Positions 25,345 to 37,829 of a DNA stretch of 64,000 nt are shown one piece after another. Position 1 is the stretch's first letter; each line of letters begins with the position of its first letter. The notes beneath the pieces are model-generated. The model ran no database searches and was not told the DNA's origin. It saw nothing but the letters and a program-made list of their open reading frames with translations. Made by a program: the position numbers and the translations under genes. The stretch is from Balanoglossus misakiensis (taxonomy: Eukaryota > Animalia > Hemichordata): the NCBI GenBank assembly GCA_040954595.2, contig CM082598.2, positions 5,843,097-5,907,096 on the forward strand, in the 5' to 3' direction.

Positions 25345-28312
25345 GCAAGCAATCCAATCAATCAATCAAATAATGAATCAATCCCTCACACTAATCCCTT
25401 CCTCTATTCACTTAATATTAACCTAATCGTAATTTTCTCTTCTTGATTTTGCAGGGAATGTTTTGGTCCTTAATGATTGCACTATTTTTTGGCTGCATGC
25501 GGTTCATATTTATGATTGTATGGCCAACACCTGACTGTGGTGAGGAAGACACCCGACCTTATTTCGTCCGAGTTCATTATTTCTACATTGCTACAATGTT
25601 ATTCTGGTGCACTTTGCTGTTGTGTTGGATAATAAGTAAATGTACAAAACAAAGAATACCGGAAAATATGGTAAGTCTTGAGGGAAGGAATATACAAAGT
25701 TTCTTGCTTGCTGCCCTTTTTCCATTAAAGGTATACAGTCACCTCCAATTTACGTACGCCCATATATGGCTGAAATGGCGTATTTGAGTGTTCTAAAGAA
25801 CATATGGTGGCGCTCTTTTTTTCGCGTGTGCTACTCACTGAAAAGCTGTGATTGGCTAGATCTCAATTTGCCGTAGTAATAATAATAGCTAAATTTGCAT
25901 AGTTGACCATATACCTTTAATGATGTTTGATAGAAGACACCGTTTATGTTCATGTATATGTGTATATGTAGTGAATGAACGTTCAACCACACACAACTTC
26001 CATCCTGCTTGTATGATATGGGAGTAAAAATCTCGCCCAAAATGGTAGAGACCGATTATTCATTTTTGGCGAGTTTTTCACTCTCGTGTCTACAAGTGGG
26101 ATGGAAGGTGCGTGTGGTTGAACATCGATTCACTACATATACTCATGTACATTAACACAAATGGCGTCTTGTATCAAACATAATTAATGAAAAAGGGGCA
26201 GCGAGAGTGAGGGAGACTTTGTCCCTTTTTTAGTGTTTACAATTATTCCTGCACATGAGGACCAGTTTTAGGGAATGAATATGAGAGCAAGTCTATAGAG
26301 TACACATTCAACAAATTCGGGACCCATCTGCCTCAATTCTGTGCAGCAGTGTGGTCCGATCAGTTATGTACAACTGAATATGGTTATTCAGTTTCTTTTG
26401 GTTTCATTTGATATAAATCTACGGTTGGTAATTTGGTACGCATGGACGATTCAAAAGTTGATAATTACACTGAAGTTGACAGTATACACATGATGACTGA
26501 CATATTCTGGCAACAGTGTATTTTGATGAGCAAGGGCACTGCTAGTCACAACTAAAACAGTCTCGCATAGCCCGAGGGAAAACAGACTGTTTTGGTGTGA
26601 CTGGCTGTCCCAAGGTCATCAAAAATACACTGTTGCCAGAATATGTCGGTCGTCATGTGTTTTATAACACACCAAACACGGAATTATATCAAGACAGGGC
26701 AATAGTACGGGGCAGAAACCGATTGAACTGATGCCCTTGGGAACAGTTCGAAATGACTAAGGTCACGTGACGGCATATTGACGAATCACGATCGAGGGTT
26801 CGCTGCATGGTGTGTTATAATACGTAATGTTCATCTCTTTCTCCAACAGGTAGCAAAGAACAGTCTGATGAGGTTTGGAACCAAACACATTTTGTTGCAA
26901 AACTGCCATCAGCCTAAACAGCATATCGAAAACTACCACATAATCCTCCGCATGTGATGCGGTCACACTCCACTCTAAACGTATACATGGGCGTACAAAA
27001 TATAGTCCCCCAAGAATCATCACACAGTACATATAAACACAATTTACCTTTGTTCATCTTTTCAGTACCAACGGCTAACATACTGGACTCGTCACAGTAC
27101 GAAAGAGAGAATTAGTATTGATGAACTTTATAATCCTTTGGCGGAAAATACTGATGCAGACACAGACGCTGTCACTTGTAAAGCCTTCGAAAACCAAGCT
27201 TACAGTCCCTACCCAGACAGTTTACCAAACGATGACCTTACAGGACTCCAAAATGATACCAGTGATTGCTTAGATGTGAAAATGGCATATTTGGACGTTA
27301 CTGAGAAGAACTTGAAAGAACCTACTTCTGTCCAACTCTCTGATAAAATCGTAGCCACAACTGATGCCAAAGAAGTTAATGGTCTAAGCGAGGTCAAGGG
27401 TCAAGTAAACCATGATGTGTGTACAATACATGTGTTGCCAACAAGTGGTCGCGGGGAGGCGGAAGTACAGTGTGACATCTCTGAAGATTTTAACCTGGAT
27501 CAAATCGATGGTGTTACAAAGTATGGGTCACTAGACTCTAGTGGTCCTAGAAAACGGAAAACTAAAGGTATGAAGTGGTTAATTTAAAGGGACAAATTCT
27601 CTCTCTCGCTGCCCTTTTTCCATTAATCATGTTTGATACAAGACACCATTTATGTTATTTACATGTGGATATATAGTGAATCAACGTTCAACCATAAACA
27701 ACTTCCATCCCGCTTGTAGACAAGAGAGTGAAAAACTCGCAAAAATGAATAATCGGTGTTTGCCATTCATACATTTTGGCATATCCTACAAACAGGATGG
27801 AAGTTGTGTGTGGTTGAATTTTGATTAACTTTGCATATCAACATGTAGAATAACATAAGCGTTGTCTTGGATCAAACATAATTAATGGGAAAAGGGGCAG
27901 CGAGAGAGAGAGACTTTGTCCCTTTAACAGTGTCTTGTATCAAACATAATGGAAAAAGGGCAGCCGGCAGGGAGAGAGAGACTTTAATCGGAATGACAGG
28001 TTCTTGAATTCTCCGATTTTCCATTTTTTTTGTCTCCTGTCTGTCTTAGGTGCGCGAGCAGTGGATGCAACATGGAAGTATTGTTGTGGAGTTTCCAGCC
28101 AAACCGACGCCCAACTTAGCGAAGACGATTTAAAAATGATGCAAGAACGTTCCATATCAATCAAGCAGACAGAAGGAGAAAAACTTGTATTGAATATAAA
28201 CCTTTTTATCATTCTTGTCGTAGGAGCAATACTCTATGTCTTGTTTGGCTTTTTGATCGACAGACTTTGGAAAGCGTCTGGTACAATCGATTGTCCACAA
28301 TATTATCAGTGA
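7506..28312 (+). CDS. Sodium/solute symporter SLC5 family, sodium/myo-inositol cotransporter (SMIT1/SLC5A3)-like, 14 coding exons, ~785 aa
   Basis: Exons 7506-7580, 12345-12416, 13591-13695, 14486-14650, 16643-16748, 17429-17509, 19320-19528, 20619-20754, 21213-21320, 22445-22595, 24534-24702, 25455-25670, 27066-27567, 28050-28312. All are GT-AG and phase-compatible; 2358 nt total. SSS motifs [89 protein letters not shown][ST]PAS.WYWCADQ and YIQEV..YL.PP resemble SMIT1. Confidence 0.95.
8184..8494. mobile_element. TAG..CTA MITE (AcademH-like)
   Basis: Ends TAGCCTGGTGTCCAGAC / TCTAGATACCAGGCTA; flanks CATTAATGC/CATCAATTC. The internal part recurs at ~31896-32150 and ~59063-59256. Confidence 0.75.
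9183..9439. mobile_element. P-element-like MITE, 7-bp TSD
   Basis: Ends CACGGGGATTTATTC / GAATAAATCCCTGTG; TSD GATGGCC. Confidence 0.8.
9702..9956. mobile_element. Palindromic MITE (Harbinger-like)
   Basis: ~60-bp TIR GGC..CGCACACGAGAGAAAT.AGCTGAGCAAAA..CATTCGAGGAATTTTGCTCAGCAA. Confidence 0.6.
10997..11553. mobile_element. Non-autonomous TAG..CTA DNA transposon with 9-bp TSD (AcademH-like)
   Basis: Long TIR TAGCTCTGCGTACAGGTCTGTGTGTTCCCGGCG.. (>140 bp); perfect TSD GGTATATCT at 10988-10996 and 11554-11562. Confidence 0.9.
11589..11721. mobile_element. TAG..CTA MITE with 9-bp TSD (AcademH-like)
   Basis: TIR TAGCCTGGTCTCCATACCCAGTGTG; flanks CCATCAAGG/CCACCAAGG. Confidence 0.85.
12469..12589. 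mobile_element. Hairpin MITE, TTG..CAA ends, 9-bp TSD
   Basis: Near-perfect palindrome TTGCTGCAGTTTTGCAGCCCCT..; flanks GTCGGGCCA/GTCGGGCGA. Confidence 0.8.
12764..13109. mobile_element. Kolobok-like palindromic MITE family K1 (representative copy)
   Basis: TTAA-AGGGACAAAGTCTCTCTCTCGCTGCCC..GGGCAGCGAGAGAGAGACTTTGTCCCT-TTAA. Other copies: ~5515-5815 (partial), 16240-16579, 16928-17263, 20094-20431, 24093-24431, ~25695-26226, 27588-27923, 35131-35452, ~39937-40126 (partial), 41998-42343, 45707-46049. Confidence 0.9.
13278..13467. mobile_element. MITE with 8-bp TSD containing inverted telomeric repeats
   Basis: TIR GGATCTGGTTCACTTAG.GGACACGA; perfect TSD TTCATTTG; core (TTAGGG)3 then (CCCTAA)n. 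Confidence 0.88.
14711..15091. repeat. Tc1/pogo-like MITE whose 5' 73 bp are tandemly repeated 4 times
   Basis: TA-CAGTCAAACCTGT..ACAGGTTTGACTG-TA; units start at 14709, 14782, 14855, 14928. An unamplified relative lies at ~17620-17781. Confidence 0.9.
19576..19860. mobile_element. Harbinger-like MITE
   Basis: TIR GGCCAAATAAAAAAA; left flank TTA. Confidence 0.6.
22620..23837. mobile_element. 1.2-kb non-autonomous CAG..CTG element (hAT-like) carrying an L1/Tx1-like fragment
   Basis: 15-bp TIR CAGTGTTGCAGCCAG; flanks share TTTCTA. Internal degenerate frame [21 protein letters not shown] at ~23320-23400. Confidence 0.65.
23857..24088. mobile_element. Kolobok-like MITE family K4 (representative copy)
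   Basis: TTAA-AGGGAAGGGGTCG..CGACCCCTTCACT-TTAA. Other copies at ~7788-8028, ~29107-29336, ~34150-34468. Confidence 0.85.
25290..25383. repeat. (CAAT)n microsatellite
   Basis: Direct tetranucleotide run upstream of SLC5 exon 12. Confidence 0.95.
25729..25916. mobile_element. TTAA MITE (AGGTATAC..GTATACCT-type ends) nested in a K1 copy
   Basis: Inserted at the internal TTAA of K1 with TTAA duplicated. A related copy lies at ~2535-2897. Confidence 0.75.
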
Positions 28313-28319
28313 ATCAATT

Positions 28320-28665
28320 CTGGCTGCCTTAAATAGGTTTTCACTTTGCGCTAGGGGGTCAAATCACATTGCATTCTGGGCGAAAAGTCGACAACCCACT
28401 GAAAGAGATAGAAGAAATGATATGTTTACTGTATTTCATGACTTCCTTTGGTCAAAAATGTCTGTCTTTGTAGTTACCATATTAAACTTTTTTCACATTT
28501 TATTATTTTTTTCTGTTAAAAAGTTTCAGAATGACCCATCATCACTTTAGCTTATGAACTCCCATTTCTTAAACATGGCAAAAATCGGCCATCTTGAAAT
28601 TGTGTCGACCATATGAGATTTTCATCACTCACTTAGGTAGCTTAAAACCTATTTAAGGTAGGGAG
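28320..28665. mobile_element. AATT-flanked MITE (Sola1-like) in the SLC5 3' UTR
   Basis: AATT-CTGGCTGCCTTAAATAGG..CCTATTTAAGGTAGGGAG-AATT. Relatives at ~21366-21723 and ~21728-22070 share an AATT. Confidence 0.7.
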
Positions 28666-30428
28666 AATTAACTCGTTTGTCAACGACACGATACTGCTCC
28701 ATTTGTTGGTCATTGATGATTTCTTCAAAAATGTAGTCTAGATTCTCAGGTTCATCCATATCTTCCCTTATTCAGATATGTTCACTATTTGATGATGTAT
28801 GCAAATTTGTAATTTTCATTGAGTATGTTATCGTTTTGGCAAAAGAAATTTTTTTTTATCTTCTTGAAAATTTCCCTTGACATAATTGTATATCATGTAT
28901 CAGTGTACATAGAGTCTAGTCAGGATTTGTAAATGTTGTCCTAATGCGTGCAATTTTGTATTTTTTTACTAATTAGTTTTTAGTATTGTTTATAATGTCA
29001 CTCTATGTTCTGTGGATAGACTGCATCAAGAACAATTTAGGAAATTTCCCTTTTTAATCAAAATTCTGTTTTTTTTTTCAAATAATATTTTGGACTGCTT
29101 TCTTAAAGTGAAGGGGCCGCATTAGTTTGTTAATAAACATTAGAATTCATCCACAAATCCCTGAAATTAGACAATTTTTAGAATGAACGAAGCAGCCAAC
29201 CATAGCGTAGACTGGGCATGACAGAAACTGAAGATTCTAGTAGGTCGTGGCGACTGCAGTGAGGTTTGTGCTGGTATGGGAGGAGGACATATTCTCATCA
29301 AGGGGGACACCCATGTGGCGCGATGATCCCTTCCCTTTAAATGCAGCATAAATTTATTTTAGTGTTTAGCGACTAATTACAAGCAGTAGACTTATAATTG
29401 TAATTTTAATTGATTTATTTTATCGGATGAAAAATTATATACATAGTAATATTAGAACAAAAAAAGATAAAATACTATTCATCCGATATGGTCACGGAAT
29501 TAGTTCGTTTAGGAACTTAATTCTTTCATTTCATGCACATGTTAATTTGTTTATTAAATGTTAATCTATGTTAATGTTGTGTGATAAATGTTTTTTGCTT
29601 GGGTGAGGAATCAAGTACTCTAATGATTTTCCTGACATTTATGAAATAACATTTCCAATGATTTCTATTAAAACTTCTGGGTTTAACATTTCTAGTCCTT
29701 TTTTAGGTAATTCTAAGTTTGTTTAACGAAGGGTGAGTTTGAATTTTGTGATGTTTTTTTTCAGCGTGTGGTTATTTCAAATTTGGACAGTACGCTTGAG
29801 ATGTTGTCCATGAACTGACCATGTTCATTATATGTTGCGTCATCAGTATACACATATTGACTGGCTATGAGGGCAATAGCCAATCTGATTAAAATCAGAT
29901 GAAAAAAACGGTGACATTTTTTTATGCTGTCGCTATTTATGCTGTTAAAAAAACATGTCGACGTACATTTGATTTTAATCAGATAGGGCAATAGCATAGG
30001 TCTGTAACCCAAGGGACTGTGAGTTACCCCCTCCCCCCCCCCCCCCGAAAAAAAAAACAGACATGTTTCCCGAGGCCGAAGCTGCCAAATGGCGTCCTGA
30101 TTCTGAACACAACTTTGGACTCTGAACGAAAAGTCGTCGGACTCTAAACGGAATGCCGGACTTTGTTGAAGAGTGTCACCAGACACTGTTGTATTTTGAT
30201 AATTATGTAGATCCTAAGTAGGTCATATCGAGGTTTGGCTAAACTTGATGACAAATTGGCGATATTCTTTTGTTATATTTTCAGGTCTATTACGAATTAG
30301 TACCTAGCCGTATTTTGTCCGCTTTGCTTCCAAAGAAGTGCGAAAATGCGACTGTGTTTTCAACTCTACAAACACGTAGTCTAATCCGCTGTGTCAACCC
30401 TGCCGCTGGCTGCGCCATTTCCTTAGAG

Positions 30429-30700
30429 CACAGGGAACTTAGTAATTTTGTTATTGTTATTATTATTATTATTGTTGTTGTTGTTGTTGTGATTGTTGTG
30501 GAAAACACGACCTAGGTCGCACCTAGGTCGTGTTTTCCACGATTATGGTTGGTTTTTTTTTACAGTTATCTACAACATCGACAAACATAGCAAGAAATGA
30601 CACATTGATTTAAAAAAAAAAATTTATTACCAATCTTAACAACAACAACAACAACAACAGCAACAATAATAACAATAACAAAATTACTAAGTTCCCTGTG
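30429..30700. mobile_element. P-element-like MITE with (TTG/TTA)n arms, 7-bp TSD
   Basis: TIR CACAGGGAACTTAGTAATTTTGTTATTGTT; TSD CTTAGAG; internal palindrome GTGGAAAACACGACCTAGG..CCTAGGTCGTGTTTTCCAC. Confidence 0.8.
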
Positions 30701-31211
30701 CTTAGAGCAGCGCCATGTGTGAGAAAGGGGCAGGGAACCAGACTTATCCAAACACATGGGTTGATCTCGTAAGCAAGGATTCAAATCTGGGAACTGTAAT
30801 GAAATAAAATTATTGTCTCGGACCTTTGAAATCAAACCGCCGACACCCTCCTCCTGATGAAAACCATGGCAACACGTTCACTAACCAGCGTCGTTGGCGG
30901 CCATGTGAGCTAAACTCGAAAATTCCCGAAAGCGCAAGATTAATCAATAATCATTGGTTATTTCAAGTTGCAAGACTATGTCATTTCAGCCAATCACAAG
31001 CACCGGCATTTACCCTATAACATACCGACATGGGATGCGCGTGCTGATCAGTGCTTCTGATTGGACATTTTGTTTGTAGCGATGCACAGAGGGGGGGGGG
31101 GGGGGGGGGGGCGGAGAAATTCGATAAGAACGTAAAATGCAAGTTTAATCATTAACATAGTGTCCTTGTCAAACGAAACTACCGAACTTGCACAGTCGCA
31201 GACGTGAGTAA

Positions 31212-31668
31212 GGGAGCCTTCAGTATTTACAGGGGGTGGGCCGGGGAGATTCAGCGTTCACCTGGACTGTAAAATGTGACCCTCCCCCTTATCCTCCCTT
31301 CTAAAATGTGACCCTCCCCCTTATCCTCCCTTCTAAAATGTGACCCTCCCCTTTGTCCGACATGCTAAAACCTGACCCTCCCCTACACACAGAAGCCTAA
31401 GCAATATAATACTAATAAATTGAACATTTAGAAGTACAGAAATTGCGTATAATTTGCATAAATTATCATTTTAATATTATTTTTCCAATTCATTTGTTCT
31501 TTATATCAATTAATTTCATGCTCTGCATTCAGGAAATATCACATGCACAATCCAAGATCTGACTAGAATCAGCTTCTGGAAAAAGTGACCCTCCCCCCAA
31601 GTAGGTTTGTAAAAAGTGACCCACCCCTGATTCCCCCGGCCCACCCCTCGTAATTACTGAAGGCTCCC
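31212..31668. mobile_element. PIF/Harbinger-like MITE
   Basis: TAA-GGGAGCCTTCAGTA..TACTGAAGGCTCCC-TAA; internal TGACCCTCCCC repeats. Confidence 0.85.
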
Positions 31669-33017
31669 TAACAAAGTTCCCAAGTGTTTCTTATTCGCTT
31701 TTCTGATTGTTCACAATTTGCCTGGTTCTGTTTTTCTGTTTTTTCATTTATCTTTTTCTTTCTTTCTATCTATCTTTACGAACGCATACGGGGAGTAAAT
31801 ACATGTGCATTTGTTTGTTTGTACGTTTGAATAAAGAAAAGCTTATAAATGAAGCATAAAATACAAATAAATACCACTGAGAACAGCACGTACCCTAGAC
31901 TAGCCCACTAGTCGCTTGGTGATTTTTAAATCTCAATACTTTTTGTGTTTTCGGTATTTTTTGTCTTAATAAATAATTGCAATACTTTTTGCGTGAATGT
32001 TTGCCTTGAGCGTGTTTTTGGTAGTGAGGTGAGTTTCGAATTTGGGACTGAGCTTGTGGTTTCGGGTAGCGTCGACCAAGCGACTAGTCTATGGGCCTAC
32101 GCGTTCCCTACACATAATGCATATGAAGCCCATATACTTGGAGCAAGTCTACACGTACCCGGAACCCACACTGTAGGTTGGAGGGGCACATTTTAAAATC
32201 AAGGATAAAAGGCGTGGGTCACCTTTTAGCAATGTGCCGAAGGGAAGGGTCGTATTCTACATGACTGACCGGCCTAAATTTCCTCCAGCCCACCCACCCC
32301 ACCATGATAAATGAAAGCCCCCTATAGTATAAGGCTTGTCACTTGATAATTGTCAGTACAGTGCGGTCGAGTAAGCCATATAAGTTCTGACTGACACGAA
32401 GATTGAATTTGTACGCATGCTCAGTGTAATCTCGTGTCCTTGGAGACGCACTGGGACGTAAGTGCGTCCTGCACTTGTACATACATTGCTGATTGTTAAT
32501 TGGTCGTTAAGACCATTACATGCAATAGTCTTCATCAAATTGAAATTAGCGGACTCCAGTATAAGAGGTAAGGTTTGACATTTGATAACTGGTAGTACAC
32601 TGTCGCTGAGAGAAACATGAATTCTGATTGTAACGACAAGTAACTCTGACTATTCACACTGCATTCATAGGCAAAGTGCCCGTAGCTAAACAACGCTATC
32701 GGCTTGTGTTGAGTTATGTATCAATGGCCACTTGAGAAGTTGAAATTCAATGGGAACCCTATTCATACCAGAATGACTTGCGGTCGCAGCGAACAAGGTA
32801 GACTCCTGCCAACTATATCACCTGAGAGTAGTTGAAACACCTATCGTTTGACGATATCAGCGTGTCGCGGATACTTACGAAAGGAATGCAAATGGGTTAG
32901 GGAGGCAAACAGAAATATTGACTTTTTCAAAGCTATCGTTTCAATGATTGTGTTATGCAAACAACCTCCCAGCCTACGCTTTTGATGGGAGGACCGTTAT
33001 TTACCTAAGTTTCAGCG

Positions 33018-33097
33018 TAGTACTACGTGTATACGATCTGGGTGTTCTCGGCGTTATGCGGCCTAACGCCGGGAACACAGACCTGTAGGCAGGCCTA
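33018..33097. mobile_element. 80-bp TAG..CTA MITE related to the 10997 family
   Basis: Contains TAACGCCGGGAACACAGACCTGTA..CCTA; flanks GTTTCAGCG/GTTTCAGCA. Confidence 0.7.
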
Positions 33098-34173
33098 GTT
33101 TCAGCACGGATCTTTCAAAACCTTCATGGTCTTGGATCGTTTCCATCACGACCTGTTGTGTTGTTTCTCATGCTTATGTTGAATGACACTGTACTTACTT
33201 ACAGGTCTGCTGTGGTCTCACTCTCAGAAAATTTCTGGTGAGAATTAACCGTGTATTTCAAATGAGAACTATGTGTTTCAAACGACAAATCGCCACAAAT
33301 CTACTTAGCTGAAGGCGCCTATGTAATTTCCCCTCTCAATTACAATCTTTTCAAGTTCATGTGAAAAAAGGGCCAAAACAACAACTGGGTCTATTGTACG
33401 TCGGGTATTGACGACTTTAGTTATTGTTTAGTTAACAATAAGTCGTGACATCTTACTCGTAGAACATTTCACACGATAAGCGATCCTCCAGGCATTCGTT
33501 GAGTTTCCACTATACTGTTAGGGTGTACACAAAATTACAACAGCAGTATTCATGTTCTCAATATTCGCTGAATAAATTGTAGGTTTAACCGGATATCATA
33601 TAACAGATCGAATTCAGAATTCCCATTATAGAGACACTATCACTCTACCACCGCTGAAACTTGGGGGGGGGGGGGGGGGCACCTCCGACCACTAAGTAGC
33701 AGGCTCTGGTGACAGTATAAAAAGTTGTTTGTGGCACTGTGTATGCATGGAGGTGTATGGCAGTATCAGTTGAAGTGTAGTGTGAAGACAAAAGAACGGT
33801 TTTCCGTCTATATTCTGATAAACGCTACAGCAAGATGGCTACTGCGATTCCGAAACGGAGTTTGTACATCAAAACAAATACACGTCTACACAAATGCTGG
33901 TTTTTATAGGCATTCTTATGGCCACTATTTCACGTTGCCAGGAGATGACAGACTGAACTGACCTAAGGCCTTCGCAGCGCGGAGATTGAATACAAAAGGC
34001 AGTCACAATACAATAGGTTGGCACCAATGCAACAACAAAAACAGGTATTCAGCCAACGCACTCTGATGAAGTGGCACGCTTTTGTGCAACAGTCCCGTCT
34101 TTTAAATCCAATTTCTGGAATAGCGTACGAGTTCATCGAATCATTTTAAAGGGAAGGGGTCGTCGCGCAGCGT

Positions 34174-34238
34174 TAGCCTGGTCACCGTACCCAGTGTGTG
34201 AGTCTATCTAAAACACACTGGGTATGGTGACCAGGCTA
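34174..34238. mobile_element. 65-bp TAG..CTA MITE nested in a TTAA MITE
   Basis: TAGCCTGGTCACC..GGTGACCAGGCTA with TSD CGCAGCGT. The uninterrupted site is seen in sister host copies (e.g. ~23868). Confidence 0.85.
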
Positions 34239-35941
34239 CGCAGCGTGGGTGTCCCCCTTGATGAGAACATGTCCTCCTCCCATACCAGCACAAACCTCAC
34301 TGCAGTCACCACGACCTACTAGAATCTTCAGTTGCTGTCATGCCCAGTCTACGCTACGGTTGGCTGCTTTGTTCATTCTAAGAATGATCTAATTTCAGGG
34401 ATTTGTGAGTGAATTGTAAAGTTTATAAACAAACAAACAAACAAACGCGGCGCGACGACCCCTTCATTTTAAGGTACATGACTACCAAGCTACAGCGCAT
34501 GGTTGTCACATTCCACTGCCTTACATGTAGAACGTTGAGAAAACAGTGTTACACTATTGTCATTTTTTTTTAATTTTCACGAAAGGTGCCAAAAGGGGTG
34601 TACTATTAAATTATAAAGAAAGCAATATGTTACACAATATTTGCGACCTCCTAACTGAAAAAAATAGCATGGGATCACCCTGTGTTTTCTCTTCATTTTT
34701 TTTACTTAAAATTAATTGATATACAATATATAAAACAAATCAGGAAGATTAAACAGCTAATCTTTGTGTCAATAAAACGGTGTGCGTTAAACAGTTCACT
34801 GGGATGCATATCTGAAGCCACAATCGCAGTATCACTAAAGTAATGACAGCGCATCCATCACATCTGTTCTTGATGATGTAACTATGTAGTTTTCAATGTT
34901 TATCTTTGACCTATAAACTGTTAAAAAAACATTGATTATTGCTATAGCAACACGACAGCTTCCTATTATCAATCATGTGCATTCAGTTCACGTTGGGCCG
35001 CTCAACCAACCGAGTCAGCGTGTCATGTTAGCATACAGACACATTGGATGTACTGTATTACTATCGTTCATCGTTGCCAATTATGAAAGTTTGCTGATCG
35101 ATTTTGTTTATTCCGAAGACCGGGATTTAAAGGGACAAAGTGTCTCTCTCGCTGCCCTTTTTCCATTAATTATGTTTAGACACCGTTTATGTTATTCTAC
35201 ACGTTCAACCACAAACATCTTCTATCCTGCTTGTAGGATATGAGCGTAAAAAACTCGCCAACATGAATAAATGGTAGAGATCGATTATTCATTTTGGCAA
35301 GTTTTTTTTACTCTGGTGTCTACAATCGGGATGGAAGTTGTGTGTGGTCAAACTTTGATTCACTATATATCCACATGTAGAAAAACATAAACGGTGTCTT
35401 GTATCAAACATAATTAATGGAAAAAGGGCAGCGAGGGAGAGACTTTGTCCCTTTAACTAACCTACTATAGTACCGTAACGGTAAACTCCGATTTAATGTC
35501 ATGAAATGTAAATTATATTGTTTCTTTAATATAAACAGGTCATCTTGGTTGCAATGACAATAACGACGGGCGATGAAGAAGAACACTTTTGCTGACGTCG
35601 TTATATACTAATCAAAGAAGACACAAGAACACATCTAAATACTGGAATCCATTACATTTGCAACATTTCTGAGGTTGACTGTGCCAGGTATTGGAAGGTA
35701 TTGCAGCCGTACATCACAAATCCCTGTTGTACTAAACTCTGATCGAGTCAGGCTAAATAAATCAAATCAAGACAAAATCGCCGCGGCCGAGGCGTGCCTT
35801 AAAATCCAAATCATGTCGATTCCGTATAATCATGGTGGATAAGAGATCAACAGTCAACCATTAACAGACATCGGCGGATATTGCCTGAAAATAGTCAGAC
35901 CAGTCTGACGACACCAATGGCAGATATACCCGGCTGCCATC

Positions 35942-37796
35942 ATGTCCGGATTCCGTTTTATTCCTGGGGGCTACACGCGAAGTAGAAGACCAGTCAGATA
36001 CCTGCCACCAATAAAAGCCGAATATATCGGTACGAGAGACACGGTAGACATGACAGAGATAGAAGGGCGCCAGCTCCGACGATCAATGGATGACGATTAT
36101 TACGTACGAAAATCACAAACAAATGAACATCGCAGGTATTGTTCTCTTCTGACAGCAGTTGCAAAGTCTCTGACAAAGGACAACGTAGATGACATGAAAT
36201 TTCTCGCCAGAGGTGAGTGTTGTCCTTAATTCTCATTCTCCTATCTTGTCAGATGTCAATTTTCGAAACATAATTTTGTCTTTCGGTCGTAATTGATCAA
36301 ACATATATTTAAACCCAGCTTGAATTGAACAGCACACATACTGTAAAACACTTTATTTTCGCGAGCAATAAATTTTCGCCAAATCCGCGAGAGCCAAAAT
36401 AGCATGAAAATAAAAAGTCGCGTAAATTTTTTTTTGAAGATAACGATGCGTTGAATGAAATAAGAGAACGTGAAAATTAATACTCGCGAAACAGTGGCCT
36501 CTCTCGATATCGCGAAAATTTCAACTCGTGAAAATAAAGTGTTTTACAGTATTCTTGAAAATAACAAAAAAGGTAATGTTATGTAATATGTTGTTCGAAA
36601 ACGATGATATCTTGTTTCTTTTCTACAACTCTTAAATCACAAATAGCTGTCACTTTCACCACATTTTAACCGATAAAATACTTCTCAATCTTCTCAATAT
36701 CCTGAGTCAATAAATGAAAACCATTTTGCTTTGTGGGGATTCTAATACCCATGTGAAAATGCCACGACAGCTGTGTACTCAATCTTACAATGGACAGTTA
36801 AATAAACGGGTGAGGCACCCGTTTATTATTTAACTTGTTCCTATGTAAATATACAACAATAAATGAGACGTTGATAATATGTTTGTGTATACCCACAAGT
36901 TAACTCGAAGTTCTAAAATCATGAAAATAATCCAAAAATTGGCAGCCAATGGTGCTATAAAATGAACCTATCGTGTTAAGAAATGACAAATTATATACCC
37001 AGTTATAAGATTATTTGGTAACGGGTTTGGGTCAAATACCGACCTTAAGACCGTCTGGGTAACCGAGACTAGCAGCTGTTGGGCCTTCATGTATAAGAAA
37101 AAGACAGTATACACATGATTACTGACAATGAGGGCAACAGTGTATTTTGATGACCGAGGGCGCTGCTAGTCACAACTAAAACAGACTGATTTGGTGTGAC
37201 TGGCAGTCCCGAGGTCATCAAAAATACACTGTTGCCCGAATATGTCAGTCATCATGTGTTTTATAACACACTACATCCACACCACATCCAGGCAACAGTA
37301 CAAGGCAGAAACCGATCGAACTGATGCCCTAGGGAACAGTTCGAAATGACTAAGGTCATGTGACGGCGCATTGACGAATCACGATCGAGGGTTCGCTGCA
37401 TGGCGTGTTATGATTTAAATTGATTTGAAAGAAACTAGGCTACAGCTATAGTAATAAGCTTCCTTCCATACTGTGGTTCAGGTTTCTATTGTATTTTTCC
37501 TCGCTTTCTTTCAGAGTATATTCATCCACAACATTTATTGCTCGATATACATTCACCATCACAAATGTTGGCTCTGCTGGAGGGTCAGCACCTACTCGCT
37601 GAGAATAGTATGGTATTTCTACAAATGCTACTCTACTATATCGGACGATTGGACCTCTACAACATGGTTGTAGAATTTCGACGAAATCGACAGCGGGATC
37701 TAAGAGGCAGGGGTTTTGACATTTCTGACGAATATCAAGGTAAGTGAAGTCAGAGTCATTTGGAATGCATATATATTTGTTTTTCTCAGTTCTGTA

Positions 37797-37829
<33 letters not shown>

